Below are positions 31,117 through 39,465 of a DNA stretch of 52,205 bases, piece by piece (positions within the stretch are counted from its first letter, which is position 1; every line of letters begins with the position of its first letter). Source of the stretch: Gemmatimonadota bacterium (GTDB lineage: Bacteria > Gemmatimonadota > Gemmatimonadetes > Gemmatimonadales > GWC2-71-9); the NCBI GenBank assembly GCA_041484445.1, contig JBGPHP010000002.1:1-52205 (forward strand). Reading direction: 5' to 3'. The notes under the pieces are model-generated. The model was not told the origin of the DNA. It did not search any database and was given only the letters and a program-made list of their open reading frames with translations. Both the position numbers and the translations under genes were made by a program.

Positions 31117-31801
31117 GATCGGGCGCGTCGCCGTCATCGTGCCCGCCTATCAGGCGGCCGCGAGTGTGGCTGGCGTGGTAGCCGGGGCCCGCGCCGCCCT
31201 GCCCGACGCCGCGGTGTACGTCGTGGACGACGGCTCGAGCGACGCGACCGGGGCCGCGGCCACGGCCGCCGGCGCCGTGGTCATGCGTCACCCGCGCAAC
31301 CGCGGCAAAGGGGCCGCGCTCGCCGGGGGCATCGCCCGGGCGTTGGCGGACGGGGCGGTCGTGTTGACGACGCTCGACGCCGACGGCCAGCATCCTCCCG
31401 ACGTGCTGCCGCGGCTGCTCGCGCCGATCCGCGGCGGCGTCGCGGATCTCGTGCTCGGAGCGCGGGCCCGCACCGGCAGCATGCCGCTGGGGCGTCGCTG
31501 CACCAACTGGCTGTCGGCGACGCTCGCTTCGCACATCGGCAAACGCCCGGTGCCGGACGCCCAGACGGGGCTGCGGGCATTCTCCCGGCGGCTGGCAACG
31601 GCGGTGCAGCCGCGCATCGCCGCCTACCGGCGCTACGACTACGAAGCGGCGTTCCTGCTGGCGGCGTTGCGCGCGGGCTTCGCGGTCAGCTCAGTCGACG
31701 TCCCGACCATCTACACCCGGTCCCCCAGCCACTTTCGGGGCTGGGGCGACGGTTGGCGGGTGGCGCGCGTCTTCGTGCGTTACCTGCTCGGAGCATCATG
31801 A
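31100..31801 (+). CDS. Family 2 glycosyltransferase
   Basis: VAVIVPAYQAA...VVDDGSSD...NRGKGAAL...LDADGQH are GT-A (GT2) motifs. The stop overlaps the surE ATG (ATGA). Confidence 0.75.
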   Translation: MADAPEIGRVAVIVPAYQAAASVAGVVAGARAALPDAAVYVVDDGSSDATGAAATAAGAVVMRHPRNRGKGAALAGGIARALADGAVVLTTLDADGQHPPDVLPRLLAPIRGGVADLVLGARARTGSMPLGRRCTNWLSATLASHIGKRPVPDAQTGLRAFSRRLATAVQPRIAAYRRYDYEAAFLLAALRAGFAVSSVDVPTIYTRSPSHFRGWGDGWRVARVFVRYLLGAS

Positions 31802-32547
31802 ACATCCTCATCTCGAACGACGACGGGGTGCTCGCGCGGGGACTGTCCGTGTTGGCCGATGCCGCGAGCGCGCTCGGTCAGGTCACGGTGGTGGCACCCG
31901 ACCGCGAGCAGAGCGCGACATCGCACTCGTTGACCCTGCATCGCCCGATCCGGGCGACGCGGCGCAGCGACGGGGCCTATCAGGTCGATGGCACCCCGAC
32001 CGACTGCGTGCTGCTGGCTCTCGACGCGCTCATGCCCGAGAAGCCCGATTTCGTGTTCTCCGGCGTGAACCACGGTCCCAATATGGGCGAGGATGTGCTG
32101 TATTCGGGCACGGTCGCCGCCGCGATGGAGGGGTTGGCCGCGGGGATTCCCAGTGTCGCGATCTCGTTCGGCAGCTTCGACATCGAGCACCTGGAAAGCC
32201 ACTCGGCGGGGCTGAAGCGGCTGCTGGGCGGCATCGTGGCGGTCCGGGAGTTCCCGCGTGACACGCTGCTGAACGTCAATCTGCCGGCGATTCCCGGCGC
32301 TGAGGTGAAGGGCGTGAAGGTCACCAGCCTCGGCAGCCGCGTGTTCCACGAGGAAGTGGCCCGCATGAAAGACCCCTGGGGACGCGACATCTACTGGATC
32401 GGCGGCGGGCACGTCACCTGGTCGGGCGGGGCCGACTCGGACTTCCAGGCGGTACGCGAGGGATACATCTCGGTGACGCCGCTGCACGTGGACATGACCA
32501 ACTACAACCTGCTCGAGGCCGTGCGCGGATGGACGCTGGGCGTCTAG
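31798..32547 (+). CDS. surE: 5'/3'-nucleotidase SurE
   Basis: The ORF was trimmed to the ATG at 31798. MNILISNDDGV...GVNHGPNMGEDVLYSGTVAAAMEG. Confidence 0.95.
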   Translation: MNILISNDDGVLARGLSVLADAASALGQVTVVAPDREQSATSHSLTLHRPIRATRRSDGAYQVDGTPTDCVLLALDALMPEKPDFVFSGVNHGPNMGEDVLYSGTVAAAMEGLAAGIPSVAISFGSFDIEHLESHSAGLKRLLGGIVAVREFPRDTLLNVNLPAIPGAEVKGVKVTSLGSRVFHEEVARMKDPWGRDIYWIGGGHVTWSGGADSDFQAVREGYISVTPLHVDMTNYNLLEAVRGWTLGV

Positions 32548-33203
32548 GCGGGGGGGCCAGCCAGGACACCTACGGGGGCTACCGCGCCCGCCTGGTGGAG
32601 CAGCTGCGCGACCAGGGCGTGCAGGACCTGGCGGTGCTGCGCGCGTTCGCCGAAACGCCGCGCCACTTGTTCGTCCCGGACGCGGTACGGCACCGCGCCT
32701 ACGAGAACGCGGCACTGCCGATCGGCGCCGGGCAGACGATTTCACAACCGTTCACCCAGGCGCGCACGCTCGAGGCGCTGCGGCTGCGGGGCAGGGAGCG
32801 GGTGCTGGAGATCGGCACCGGCTCCGGCTATCAGACGGCGCTCCTCTCCCGCCTCGTGGCCCAGGTATTCACGGTGGAGCGTGTGCGGGCGTTGGCCCTG
32901 GCGGCACAAAGCGCCCTGCGGGCGGCCGCCGCAGGGAACGTGTCGGTGCTGCTGGGAGACGGCACGCTCGGATGGAGCGCCTACGCCCCCTACGACGCGA
33001 TTCTGGTGGCTGCGGGGGGTCCCGAGATCCCCGGCCCACTCGTGGAGCAGCTGACGAGCAATGGCCGGCTGCTGCTGCCGTTGGGTGACCGAGGTAACCA
33101 GACGCTCACCCTGGTGGAGCGCACCGACACCGGAATACGCCAGACTCCGCTCGGCGCCGCACTGTTCGTCCCGCTCGTAGGAGAGCACGGATTCGATGCT
33201 TGA
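32529..33203 (+). CDS. pcm: Protein-L-isoaspartate O-methyltransferase
   Basis: PRHLFVP..AYENAALPIGAGQTISQP...VLEIGTGSGYQTALL. Classic surE-pcm pair. Confidence 0.9.
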   Translation: MDAGRLGGGASQDTYGGYRARLVEQLRDQGVQDLAVLRAFAETPRHLFVPDAVRHRAYENAALPIGAGQTISQPFTQARTLEALRLRGRERVLEIGTGSGYQTALLSRLVAQVFTVERVRALALAAQSALRAAAAGNVSVLLGDGTLGWSAYAPYDAILVAAGGPEIPGPLVEQLTSNGRLLLPLGDRGNQTLTLVERTDTGIRQTPLGAALFVPLVGEHGFDA

Positions 33204-33840
33204 GCGACTGGTGGACTGGTTGCTGCATACGCTCCTCGACCTGGGCTACCCCGGGATCGTGGCCCTCATGGCGATGGAGAGCTCGATCCTCCCGGTTCCG
33301 AGCGAGCTGGTGATGCCGCCGGCGGGCTATTGGATCGCCAAGGGTCGGCTGAACGTCTGGGCTGTATTGGCGTGTGGCGTCCTGGGCAGCATCCTCGGGG
33401 CACTGGCCAACTACTGGGTGGCCCAGCTGCTGGGGAGGGCCTTCGTGCGGCGCTTCGGCCGGTATGTCCTCCTGTCGGAACGATCCCTCGATCGAGCCGA
33501 GCGGTTCTTCGCGGACCATGGGGAGATCAGCACGATGGTCGGCCGCCTGCTGCCGGTGGTGCGTCACTTGGTCTCGATCCCGGCGGGCATCGCCCGCATG
33601 CCGCTATCCCGCTTCGTCGTCTTCACGGGAGCGGGCGCACTTGTCTGGTGCAGCGTGCTCACGGGGATCGGGTATGTTCTGGGGCGCCATGAAGCCGTGC
33701 TGCGGAACGAAGAGGTGCAGCGGTACGTGGGGCACGCCTTGATGGTGGTCGTGCCGGTGGTGGCGCTTGGTATCGCCGTGTATGTCGTGTGGTTCCGGCG
33801 GCGGCGTGCCAGAGCGGCGGTGCGCGAAGGCGGAGTGTGA
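33196..33840 (+). CDS. DedA-family membrane protein
   Basis: GYPGIVALMAMESSILPVPSELVMPPAGY...GRLLPVVRHLVSIPAGIARM are DedA/SNARE-associated motifs. 214 aa. Confidence 0.85.
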   Translation: MLERLVDWLLHTLLDLGYPGIVALMAMESSILPVPSELVMPPAGYWIAKGRLNVWAVLACGVLGSILGALANYWVAQLLGRAFVRRFGRYVLLSERSLDRAERFFADHGEISTMVGRLLPVVRHLVSIPAGIARMPLSRFVVFTGAGALVWCSVLTGIGYVLGRHEAVLRNEEVQRYVGHALMVVVPVVALGIAVYVVWFRRRRARAAVREGGV

Positions 33841-34118
33841 GTGCGACGCGTGCGGTGCGGTACCTCGTTCGCGGGCGAGTGCAGGGGGTGGGATTCCGCT
33901 GGTTCGTGATGCGGGAAGCCACGCGATTGAATCTGAAGGGCTACGTGCGCAACCTGCCGGATGGCAGTGTCGAGGTGTGCGCACAGGGGATCCCGGGGTC
34001 GCTTGAGGCGCTGTCCGCCGCCCTGGCCAATGGTCCTCCCGGTGGGCGCGTGGCAGGTGTGGAAAAACAGGAGCTTCCACACGAAGTTGACGTTGGCAAC
34101 TCCTTTGAAATTCAGTAG
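33837..34118 (+). CDS. acyP: Acylphosphatase
   Basis: The ORF was trimmed to the GTG at 33837 (GTGA overlap with the dedA stop). VRGRVQGVGFRWF...GYVRNLPDGSVEV. 93 aa. Confidence 0.85.
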   Translation: MSATRAVRYLVRGRVQGVGFRWFVMREATRLNLKGYVRNLPDGSVEVCAQGIPGSLEALSAALANGPPGGRVAGVEKQELPHEVDVGNSFEIQ

Positions 34119-34145
34119 TTCGACCAAGAGGCAAGAACGCATACA

Positions 34146-34667
34146 ATGGATGACTCGTCGCGACTCCGTGCAGCGGTTCGGGATGTCCCCGACTTTCCCA
34201 AGCCCGGTATCATCTTCAAGGACATCACGCCCGTGCTGCTCGATCCACAGCTCTTTGGCGTAGCCGCGCGGGGCATGGCGCGGCCATTCGAGGCCATGGG
34301 AGTGACGCGGGTGGTGGCCATCGAGTCCCGGGGGTTCATGTTCGGGGCTCCGGTGGCGCTGGGACTGGAGGCCGGGTTGGTTCCGGTGCGCAAGCCGGGG
34401 AAGCTGCCCTCGACCCGGCATCGGGTGGAGTACACGCTGGAGTACGGTACCGACGCCCTGGAGATGCACGCGGACGCCATCGGATCGCACGACCGGGTGC
34501 TCATCGTGGACGACGTGCTGGCGACCGGCGGCACGGCGGAAGCAGCTGGCCGGCTGGTGCGCGCCCGCGGCGCGACCATCGCCGGCTTCAGTTTCCTGAT
34601 CGAGCTGGGATTCCTGAACGGCCGCGAGCGCCTGACGGAGCGTGTGGAGTCGCTGGTGCGCTATTGA
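34146..34667 (+). CDS. apt: Adenine phosphoribosyltransferase
   Basis: DFPKPGIIFKDITPVL...VLIVDDVLATGGTAEAA (PRPP motif). 173 aa. Confidence 0.95.
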   Translation: MDDSSRLRAAVRDVPDFPKPGIIFKDITPVLLDPQLFGVAARGMARPFEAMGVTRVVAIESRGFMFGAPVALGLEAGLVPVRKPGKLPSTRHRVEYTLEYGTDALEMHADAIGSHDRVLIVDDVLATGGTAEAAGRLVRARGATIAGFSFLIELGFLNGRERLTERVESLVRY

Positions 34668-34716
34668 GGCAGGGCTTGATTACGACTGCATAACTCCTGT
34701 AAATTGCAGCGCTTAC

Positions 34717-34790
34717 GCCCCTGTAGCTCAGGTGGATAGAGCAGCGGTTTCCTAAACCGTTGGCCGGGCGTTCGAGTCGCCCCAGGGGCA
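34717..34790 (+). tRNA. tRNA-Arg (anticodon CCT)
   Basis: Hand-folded cloverleaf. Acceptor GCCCCTG/CAGGGGC, D arm GCTC-AGGTGGATA-GAGC, anticodon arm GCGGT-TTCCTAA-ACCGT, variable TGGCC, T arm GGGCG-TTCGAGT-CGCCC, discriminator A. No encoded CCA. Confidence 0.9.
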
Positions 34791-34826
34791 TGGGGCTTCG
34801 GGCGATTACCTACGAAAGCGGGCAAC

Positions 34827-35489
34827 GTGGCAACATCGGTTCGGACGGCAGCGGGAGCGGGTTCGCACGGCAGCGACGCTGCGGTGATCGCGTGGATCGT
34901 GCGACACCGCAAGCCGGTCTCCTGGGGTGCGGTGATTCTGATCTTGGGCGCTGGTTTCCTGGGCTGGAACATCATCTCCACCAGGCAGAGCGAACGGATC
35001 GCGAGCCAGCAGCTCAGCTCGGCGCGCTTCGCGTTGGAGGCCAAGAACTACGCCCTCGCGGCCAGCGAGCTGGCGCGCATCGCCGAGAACTACTCGGGGT
35101 CGCGCTCCGCCGGTGAGGCGTCGATTCTGCTGGCGCAGACGCGATTGGCGCAGGGGCAGAATCAGCAGGCGATCGACGTGCTCAAGAAGTTCGCTCCCGA
35201 GGCGTCCGCCGATTACCGCGCGCAGGCATACGGGCTGCTGGGTGCCGCCTATGAGAACGTGCAGCACCCCAAGGAGGCCGCCGCGGCGTACGAGCAGGCT
35301 GCCCAGGCGGCTCGGATGCCGTTTGCTCGAGCGCAGTATCTGTCGGATGCGGGGCGGGCCTGGCTGTCCGCCCGGGACACGACCCGGGCGATCGCCGAGT
35401 ATCGAGAGATTGTGGCGAAGCTCGACTCAACCGGATCGGCGTTCGAGGCCAAGGTGCGCTTGGGGGAGCTGCAATCGCCGAATCAGTGA
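34827..35489 (+). CDS. Membrane-anchored TPR-like protein (YfgM-like architecture)
   Basis: 220 aa, GTG start. One TM segment (VSWGAVILILGAGFLGWNII) followed by an Ala/Gln-rich helical repeat region. The family call rests on architecture only. Confidence 0.5.
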   Translation: MATSVRTAAGAGSHGSDAAVIAWIVRHRKPVSWGAVILILGAGFLGWNIISTRQSERIASQQLSSARFALEAKNYALAASELARIAENYSGSRSAGEASILLAQTRLAQGQNQQAIDVLKKFAPEASADYRAQAYGLLGAAYENVQHPKEAAAAYEQAAQAARMPFARAQYLSDAGRAWLSARDTTRAIAEYREIVAKLDSTGSAFEAKVRLGELQSPNQ

Positions 35490-35512
35490 GGGGTGTCTCC
35501 TCACCTTGGTGA

Positions 35513-35540
35513 ACTTCGTATAATAGATGTTATGTTAAGT
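35513..35540. other. dif: Candidate dif site (XerC/XerD chromosome dimer resolution site)
   Basis: ACTTCGTATAA-TAGATG-TTATGTTAAGT compared with E. coli dif GGTGCGCATAA-TGTATA-TTATGTTAAAT: 20/28 identical, 10/11 in the XerD arm, and the ATAA end of the XerC arm is conserved. It lies in the only AT-rich island of the window, exactly where gene orientation converges. Confidence 0.65.
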
Positions 35541-35569
35541 ACAGATGTGAATAGATGTGGATAAGGATG

Positions 35570-36370
35570 TTATGAAGTGAGCACCCCTCTGAACACGATC
35601 CGCGCCTGCCCCTCCAACCACACCTCCTCGTAGCGCCCGCCACGTGACCGCTCGGCTCGAACCACCAGCGGCAGCCCGCTGCGCGTCATGATCGTCGCCG
35701 GCAGGTCGGAAAGGCGCCACTCCCGCAGCATGCAGCACGCCGCCACGGCGCCGGTGCCACAGGCCAGCGTCTCGCCCTCGATGCCACGCTCGTAGGTGCG
35801 CATCGCCCAGACCGAGCGTCGCGCCGTGGGAGCCACGAAGTTCACGTTCGCGCCGCCATTGCCGCTGGCCGGGTCGAACCGGAGCTCCCGGCCCCGCCGC
35901 TGCAGGTCCAGCGCCTCCAGGTCCTCCACGACGACCACCAGGTGCGGCACGCCGACCGTGGCGAGTCCGACCCGGGTCTCTCCCGCGGCCAGCTTCACTG
36001 CCGGCTCCCTGGGGACATCGACCGCGGCCAGGTGCAATTCGGCGCGGCCGTCGCCGCCGGGGCAACGGCTTTCGTACACGGCGGCATCGGTCTCGAGGCG
36101 CATCAGCGTGGTTGGGGCGAGCTCGAGCAACGCGGCGAGCCGGGTGCTGCACAGGGCGGCGTTGCCGCACATGGCGGCGCGCGAGCCGTCGTTGTTGAAG
36201 TAGGTCATGCGGACCGTGTCGGGGCTCGCGGTCGGCGTGACGAAGACCAGACCGTCGGCTCCGATCCCGGTCCCACGGGCGCAGACGCCGCGGATGTCCT
36301 CCGCCGTCCACTCGTCGGGGGTCGTGCTCCGGCCGTCCAGCATGACGAAGTCGTTCCCCGACCCCGTCAT
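35570..36370 (-). CDS. dapF: Diaminopimelate epimerase DapF
   Basis: The 322-aa ORF was trimmed to the ATG at 36370 (MTGSGNDFVMLDGR). Both catalytic Cys regions are present (AAMCGNAALC and LACGTGAVAA). Confidence 0.9.
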   Translation of the reverse strand: MTGSGNDFVMLDGRSTTPDEWTAEDIRGVCARGTGIGADGLVFVTPTASPDTVRMTYFNNDGSRAAMCGNAALCSTRLAALLELAPTTLMRLETDAAVYESRCPGGDGRAELHLAAVDVPREPAVKLAAGETRVGLATVGVPHLVVVVEDLEALDLQRRGRELRFDPASGNGGANVNFVAPTARRSVWAMRTYERGIEGETLACGTGAVAACCMLREWRLSDLPATIMTRSGLPLVVRAERSRGGRYEEVWLEGQARIVFRGVLTS

Positions 36371-36390
36371 CTTGTAGATGGCCAGACCGA

Positions 36391-37113
36391 CTAGATGCGA
36401 CCGAACCAGCCCAGCAGCCGGAGGCGCGGCACCATCCAGATCGCTTCCCGCACGATTTTTCGGTTCATCTTGCTTTGACCTTCCGTGCGGTCCACGAACA
36501 CGATGGGTACTTCCGCCAGCTTGAACCCTTTTCGCCATGCGCGTACGCTCATCTCGATCTGGAAGGCGTAACCATTGGAGCGAACCTGCGACAAGTCAAT
36601 TGCTTGCAGCACTCGGCTCCGAAAGCACTTGAACCCGCCCGTCAGGTCCCAGATGCGCAACCCCGTGACCCACCGAGCATACACGTTTGCCCAGTAGGAT
36701 AACATGAGTCGGCCGATCGGCCAGTTCACCACCGTCACCTTGCCGCCCAGGTAGCGCGAGCCGAGTACCAGGTCGGCGTTGGCGGCTGCCTTGAGAAAGT
36801 CCGGCAGGTGCACTGGATCGTGGGAAAAGTCGGCATCCATCTCGAACACGTAGTCGTAGCCCTGGTCCAGCGCCCAGCGGAATCCGGCGAGGTAGGCGGT
36901 GCCCAGACCGAGCTTCCCTTCCCGGTGCAGCACATGGACCCGAGGGTTGCCCTGGACGAGGCGGTCGGCGATCTGGCCCGTGCCGTCGGGGGACGCGTCG
37001 TCCACCACGAGCACCTCGAGTCGCGCATCCTGGGCGAGGATCTGGGGGACGAGGTTCGGGAGGTTGGGCGCCTCGTTGTAGGTGGGGACGACCACCAGCG
37101 CCCGCTCAGCCAC
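36391..37113 (-). CDS. Polyprenol-phosphate sugar synthase, Ppm1/Dpm1-like family 2 glycosyltransferase
   Basis: VVVPTYNEAPNL...VVDDASPDGTG...EMDADFSHDP...GSRY...GFKCFRR..FQIEM matches the dolichyl/polyprenyl-phosphate mannose synthase pattern. Soluble type, 240 aa. Confidence 0.8.
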   Translation of the reverse strand: MAERALVVVPTYNEAPNLPNLVPQILAQDARLEVLVVDDASPDGTGQIADRLVQGNPRVHVLHREGKLGLGTAYLAGFRWALDQGYDYVFEMDADFSHDPVHLPDFLKAAANADLVLGSRYLGGKVTVVNWPIGRLMLSYWANVYARWVTGLRIWDLTGGFKCFRSRVLQAIDLSQVRSNGYAFQIEMSVRAWRKGFKLAEVPIVFVDRTEGQSKMNRKIVREAIWMVPRLRLLGWFGRI

Positions 37114-39439
37114 CCCGGTGCGCCCTCCGTCGCGCCACCCCGCTCCCGGCCCAGATGGCGAGCAACAGCAGCGACCCGAGCGTGATGAGCTTGCCGCGGG
37201 CGTAGTAGCGGGAAGAGAACTCCAGCTCCACCGACTTGGCGCCCGCCTTCACCGGCACCGTGAGGAGTGTCTGATCGCCGCGCAGCGCCGTTGCCGGTTG
37301 GCCGTCCACGATGGCGTGCCAGTCGGGATACCAGTTTTCCGCGATCAGCAGATAGCTGTCCTGGGGCGGCGTGGGATCGAGGGTGATCGTCATGCGCCCC
37401 GGGGACCAGTGGGTGAAGGTCGCTCGGGATGGGCTCAACGCCGGCATTTCCCTCACTGGCAACGGGTTGATCGATTCCGTCCGGTCGAACAGCACGAGGC
37501 GGCTGTAATCGAGGCGCGGATCGAGCAACGTCGGAACGATCTGATCGGTGTCGCCCTTGGCCGCGGCGGGAACAACCCGCAGGTACGGCGCCATGGTGTC
37601 GGCCTCGTACAGAAATGCCGTCTGGCCCGCGCCGGTCGTCACGGGTCCCAGCGCCAGGTGATACCCGGGAATCCGCTGCGTGTCCGGCAGGATGACGAAC
37701 TGGACCGCCAGCAGGTTCCACAAGTGCAGATGGCCCAGGTTGGCGAATTGGCCCTGCTCGTCGAGTCCGAGGAGATCGTCGAACGAGCGCAGCTCGATGC
37801 TGCTGATTCCCCCGAGGACCTGCGGAATTCCGAATCGCATCAACGACATTTGCCGGTAGACGTCGACGTTCAAGACGCGCGACGGTTGCGGGGCGGCCTG
37901 CAGGCGGCGGATGATCGCATCGGGCGCGAACAGCTGCTGTTCGGGCCGGCTCCAATTCCAGAACGGCCTGCCCGCCCGGTACAGGTCGGCACCGACGAGG
38001 GTGACGAGCAACACGCCGAACGCCCCCGCCGGCACCCGCCCGGCCAGGTACATCAAAGCGAGGGCCGCGACGAGCGCCAGCCCGATGGCGCTTCCCAGCG
38101 CGCCTGTGAGGATCTCGCCCCGGGCGGCCGTGGCGGTCTGTACCGGGTCGTGCGACAGGGCCGGCACGCTACGCGCGAAGCTCTCGGCCATGGCGCCGAA
38201 CACGCCGATCAGCGCGAGCAGGGCCACGAAGCATGCGACTCCCAACGCCACCTTGAGGACCTGCTTCCCCTCTCCACGCTCCAGCCGTTCCACCCCCATC
38301 GCGGCGAACGTCGCGGTCGCGAGGGAGACGATGTACAGCGCCATCCCTGGTGCCCGGGTCTTCTTGACGTAGGGCACGACCGCCCACCACAGCCGGAAGA
38401 ACGGCGTACTGCCGCCCAGAGAGACCAGCAGGAACAGGACACCGATGCCGCCGATCCACCACGCCAGCCGGCGCCGGGACGTCCCTGCCCCGACCGCCGC
38501 GAGGGCGACGAGCGGGAGACCCAGATACTCGCTGTGGAACTTGATGATGTTGGGTCCCCAGTATGTCTCGTAGTGGCCGGCGAATCCCGACAGGAAGAGC
38601 TCCGGAAAATGACTCCACGGCAAGCCAAACGACGAAGAGTATTCGTAGGTCGCGGCCCCGGCCCGTGGTGAATAGGGGATGTTGTGGAAGAACGGCAGCA
38701 CCTGAATCATCGAGATTCCGAACCCGAGCACGACCGCCCCGGTGGCGCCCAGCAGCGCGAGCCAGCGATCCCGAGGGGAGAGACCCTCCGGCTCTCCGAA
38801 CGCCAGGTAGAGCGCGAAGAGCCCGGCGGCGACCAGGGCGTACTGCGTCATCTGGTATTGCGGGGAGAGCAGCGCCAACCCGACCGCGAGACCCGAGAGC
38901 GCGAACCCCTCCCACCGCTGTCGCCGCATTCCCAGCACCAGACCGATCATCATCACGGGCAACAGCGCGGTGACGAACAGTTTGCCGTCGTGCCCGGGGC
39001 TCACCAGCGATACCACGACGCCGCTCAGCTGGTAGGCCGTCCCGCCCGTGATCGCGGCGGTCCACGAGAAGCCGAGCAGCCGGAGCAGGAGATAGAGCGC
39101 GAAGCCCGCCAGGACATAGTGCAGGACGAACTCCAGGTCGATCGCCAGGGCGGTCGGGAGCACCAACCGGAGCAGGCTCATCGGGTAGAACAGGTCGCCA
39201 AACCCGGCGACGGTCGGGAATCCTCCGAACGCGAGTGGATTCCAGAGGGGGATCCGGTGGGTGGTGGCGATCTGGTTCGCGCCCCACCAGCGGAACGCAT
39301 AGCCCGTGGCGAACTGGTCGCTGTGGACGCCGGCCAGGTACTGGCCGCTCCACATCGGGATCGACAGAATCGCGATCCACAGACAGCAGAATCCGAACGC
39401 CGCGAGGTTGGGCCTCGCCGGTGCGAACGGTGCCGACAC
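37106..39439 (-). CDS. Large polytopic membrane protein, YfhO-like (GT-C-type glycosyltransferase candidate)
   Basis: The 1078-aa ORF was trimmed to the GTG at 39439, because the upstream part overlaps the next gene in another frame and is Arg/Ala junk. About 778 aa with many TM helices, PLWNPLAFGGFP near the N-terminus and a C-terminal soluble domain. The stop overlaps the Ppm1-like start. Confidence 0.55.
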   Translation of the reverse strand: MSAPFAPARPNLAAFGFCCLWIAILSIPMWSGQYLAGVHSDQFATGYAFRWWGANQIATTHRIPLWNPLAFGGFPTVAGFGDLFYPMSLLRLVLPTALAIDLEFVLHYVLAGFALYLLLRLLGFSWTAAITGGTAYQLSGVVVSLVSPGHDGKLFVTALLPVMMIGLVLGMRRQRWEGFALSGLAVGLALLSPQYQMTQYALVAAGLFALYLAFGEPEGLSPRDRWLALLGATGAVVLGFGISMIQVLPFFHNIPYSPRAGAATYEYSSSFGLPWSHFPELFLSGFAGHYETYWGPNIIKFHSEYLGLPLVALAAVGAGTSRRRLAWWIGGIGVLFLLVSLGGSTPFFRLWWAVVPYVKKTRAPGMALYIVSLATATFAAMGVERLERGEGKQVLKVALGVACFVALLALIGVFGAMAESFARSVPALSHDPVQTATAARGEILTGALGSAIGLALVAALALMYLAGRVPAGAFGVLLVTLVGADLYRAGRPFWNWSRPEQQLFAPDAIIRRLQAAPQPSRVLNVDVYRQMSLMRFGIPQVLGGISSIELRSFDDLLGLDEQGQFANLGHLHLWNLLAVQFVILPDTQRIPGYHLALGPVTTGAGQTAFLYEADTMAPYLRVVPAAAKGDTDQIVPTLLDPRLDYSRLVLFDRTESINPLPVREMPALSPSRATFTHWSPGRMTITLDPTPPQDSYLLIAENWYPDWHAIVDGQPATALRGDQTLLTVPVKAGAKSVELEFSSRYYARGKLITLGSLLLLAIWAGSGVARRRAHRGG

Positions 39440-39465
39440 GACATTTTGGGAGGAAGGGGGACGCG

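Noticed and set aside
34676-34705. Sigma-70-like promoters upstream of the tRNAs: TTGATT-18 nt-TAAATT before tRNA-Arg, and TTGACG-17 nt-CATTTT (23707-23735) before tRNA-Gly.
   Set aside because: The hexamers match the consensus only 3-4 out of 6. The promoter consensus of this lineage is unknown to me, and such matches are expected by chance in the few AT-richer spacers. They are not reported as features.
35556-35564. Perfect DnaA-box 9-mer TGTGGATAA (reverse complement of TTATCCACA), with a near copy TGTGAATAG 10 bp upstream (35546-35554), in an AT-rich island. This could suggest oriC or a DnaA-titrating site.
   Set aside because: Genes converge on this spot, whereas they would diverge at an origin. 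There is no dnaA or dnaN nearby, and the spacer is only 80 bp. The 9-mer is part of the ATAA-ended XerC-arm-like repeat next to a strong dif match. Most likely it is a coincidence of AT-rich dif-like sequence. DnaA ChIP could reopen the question.
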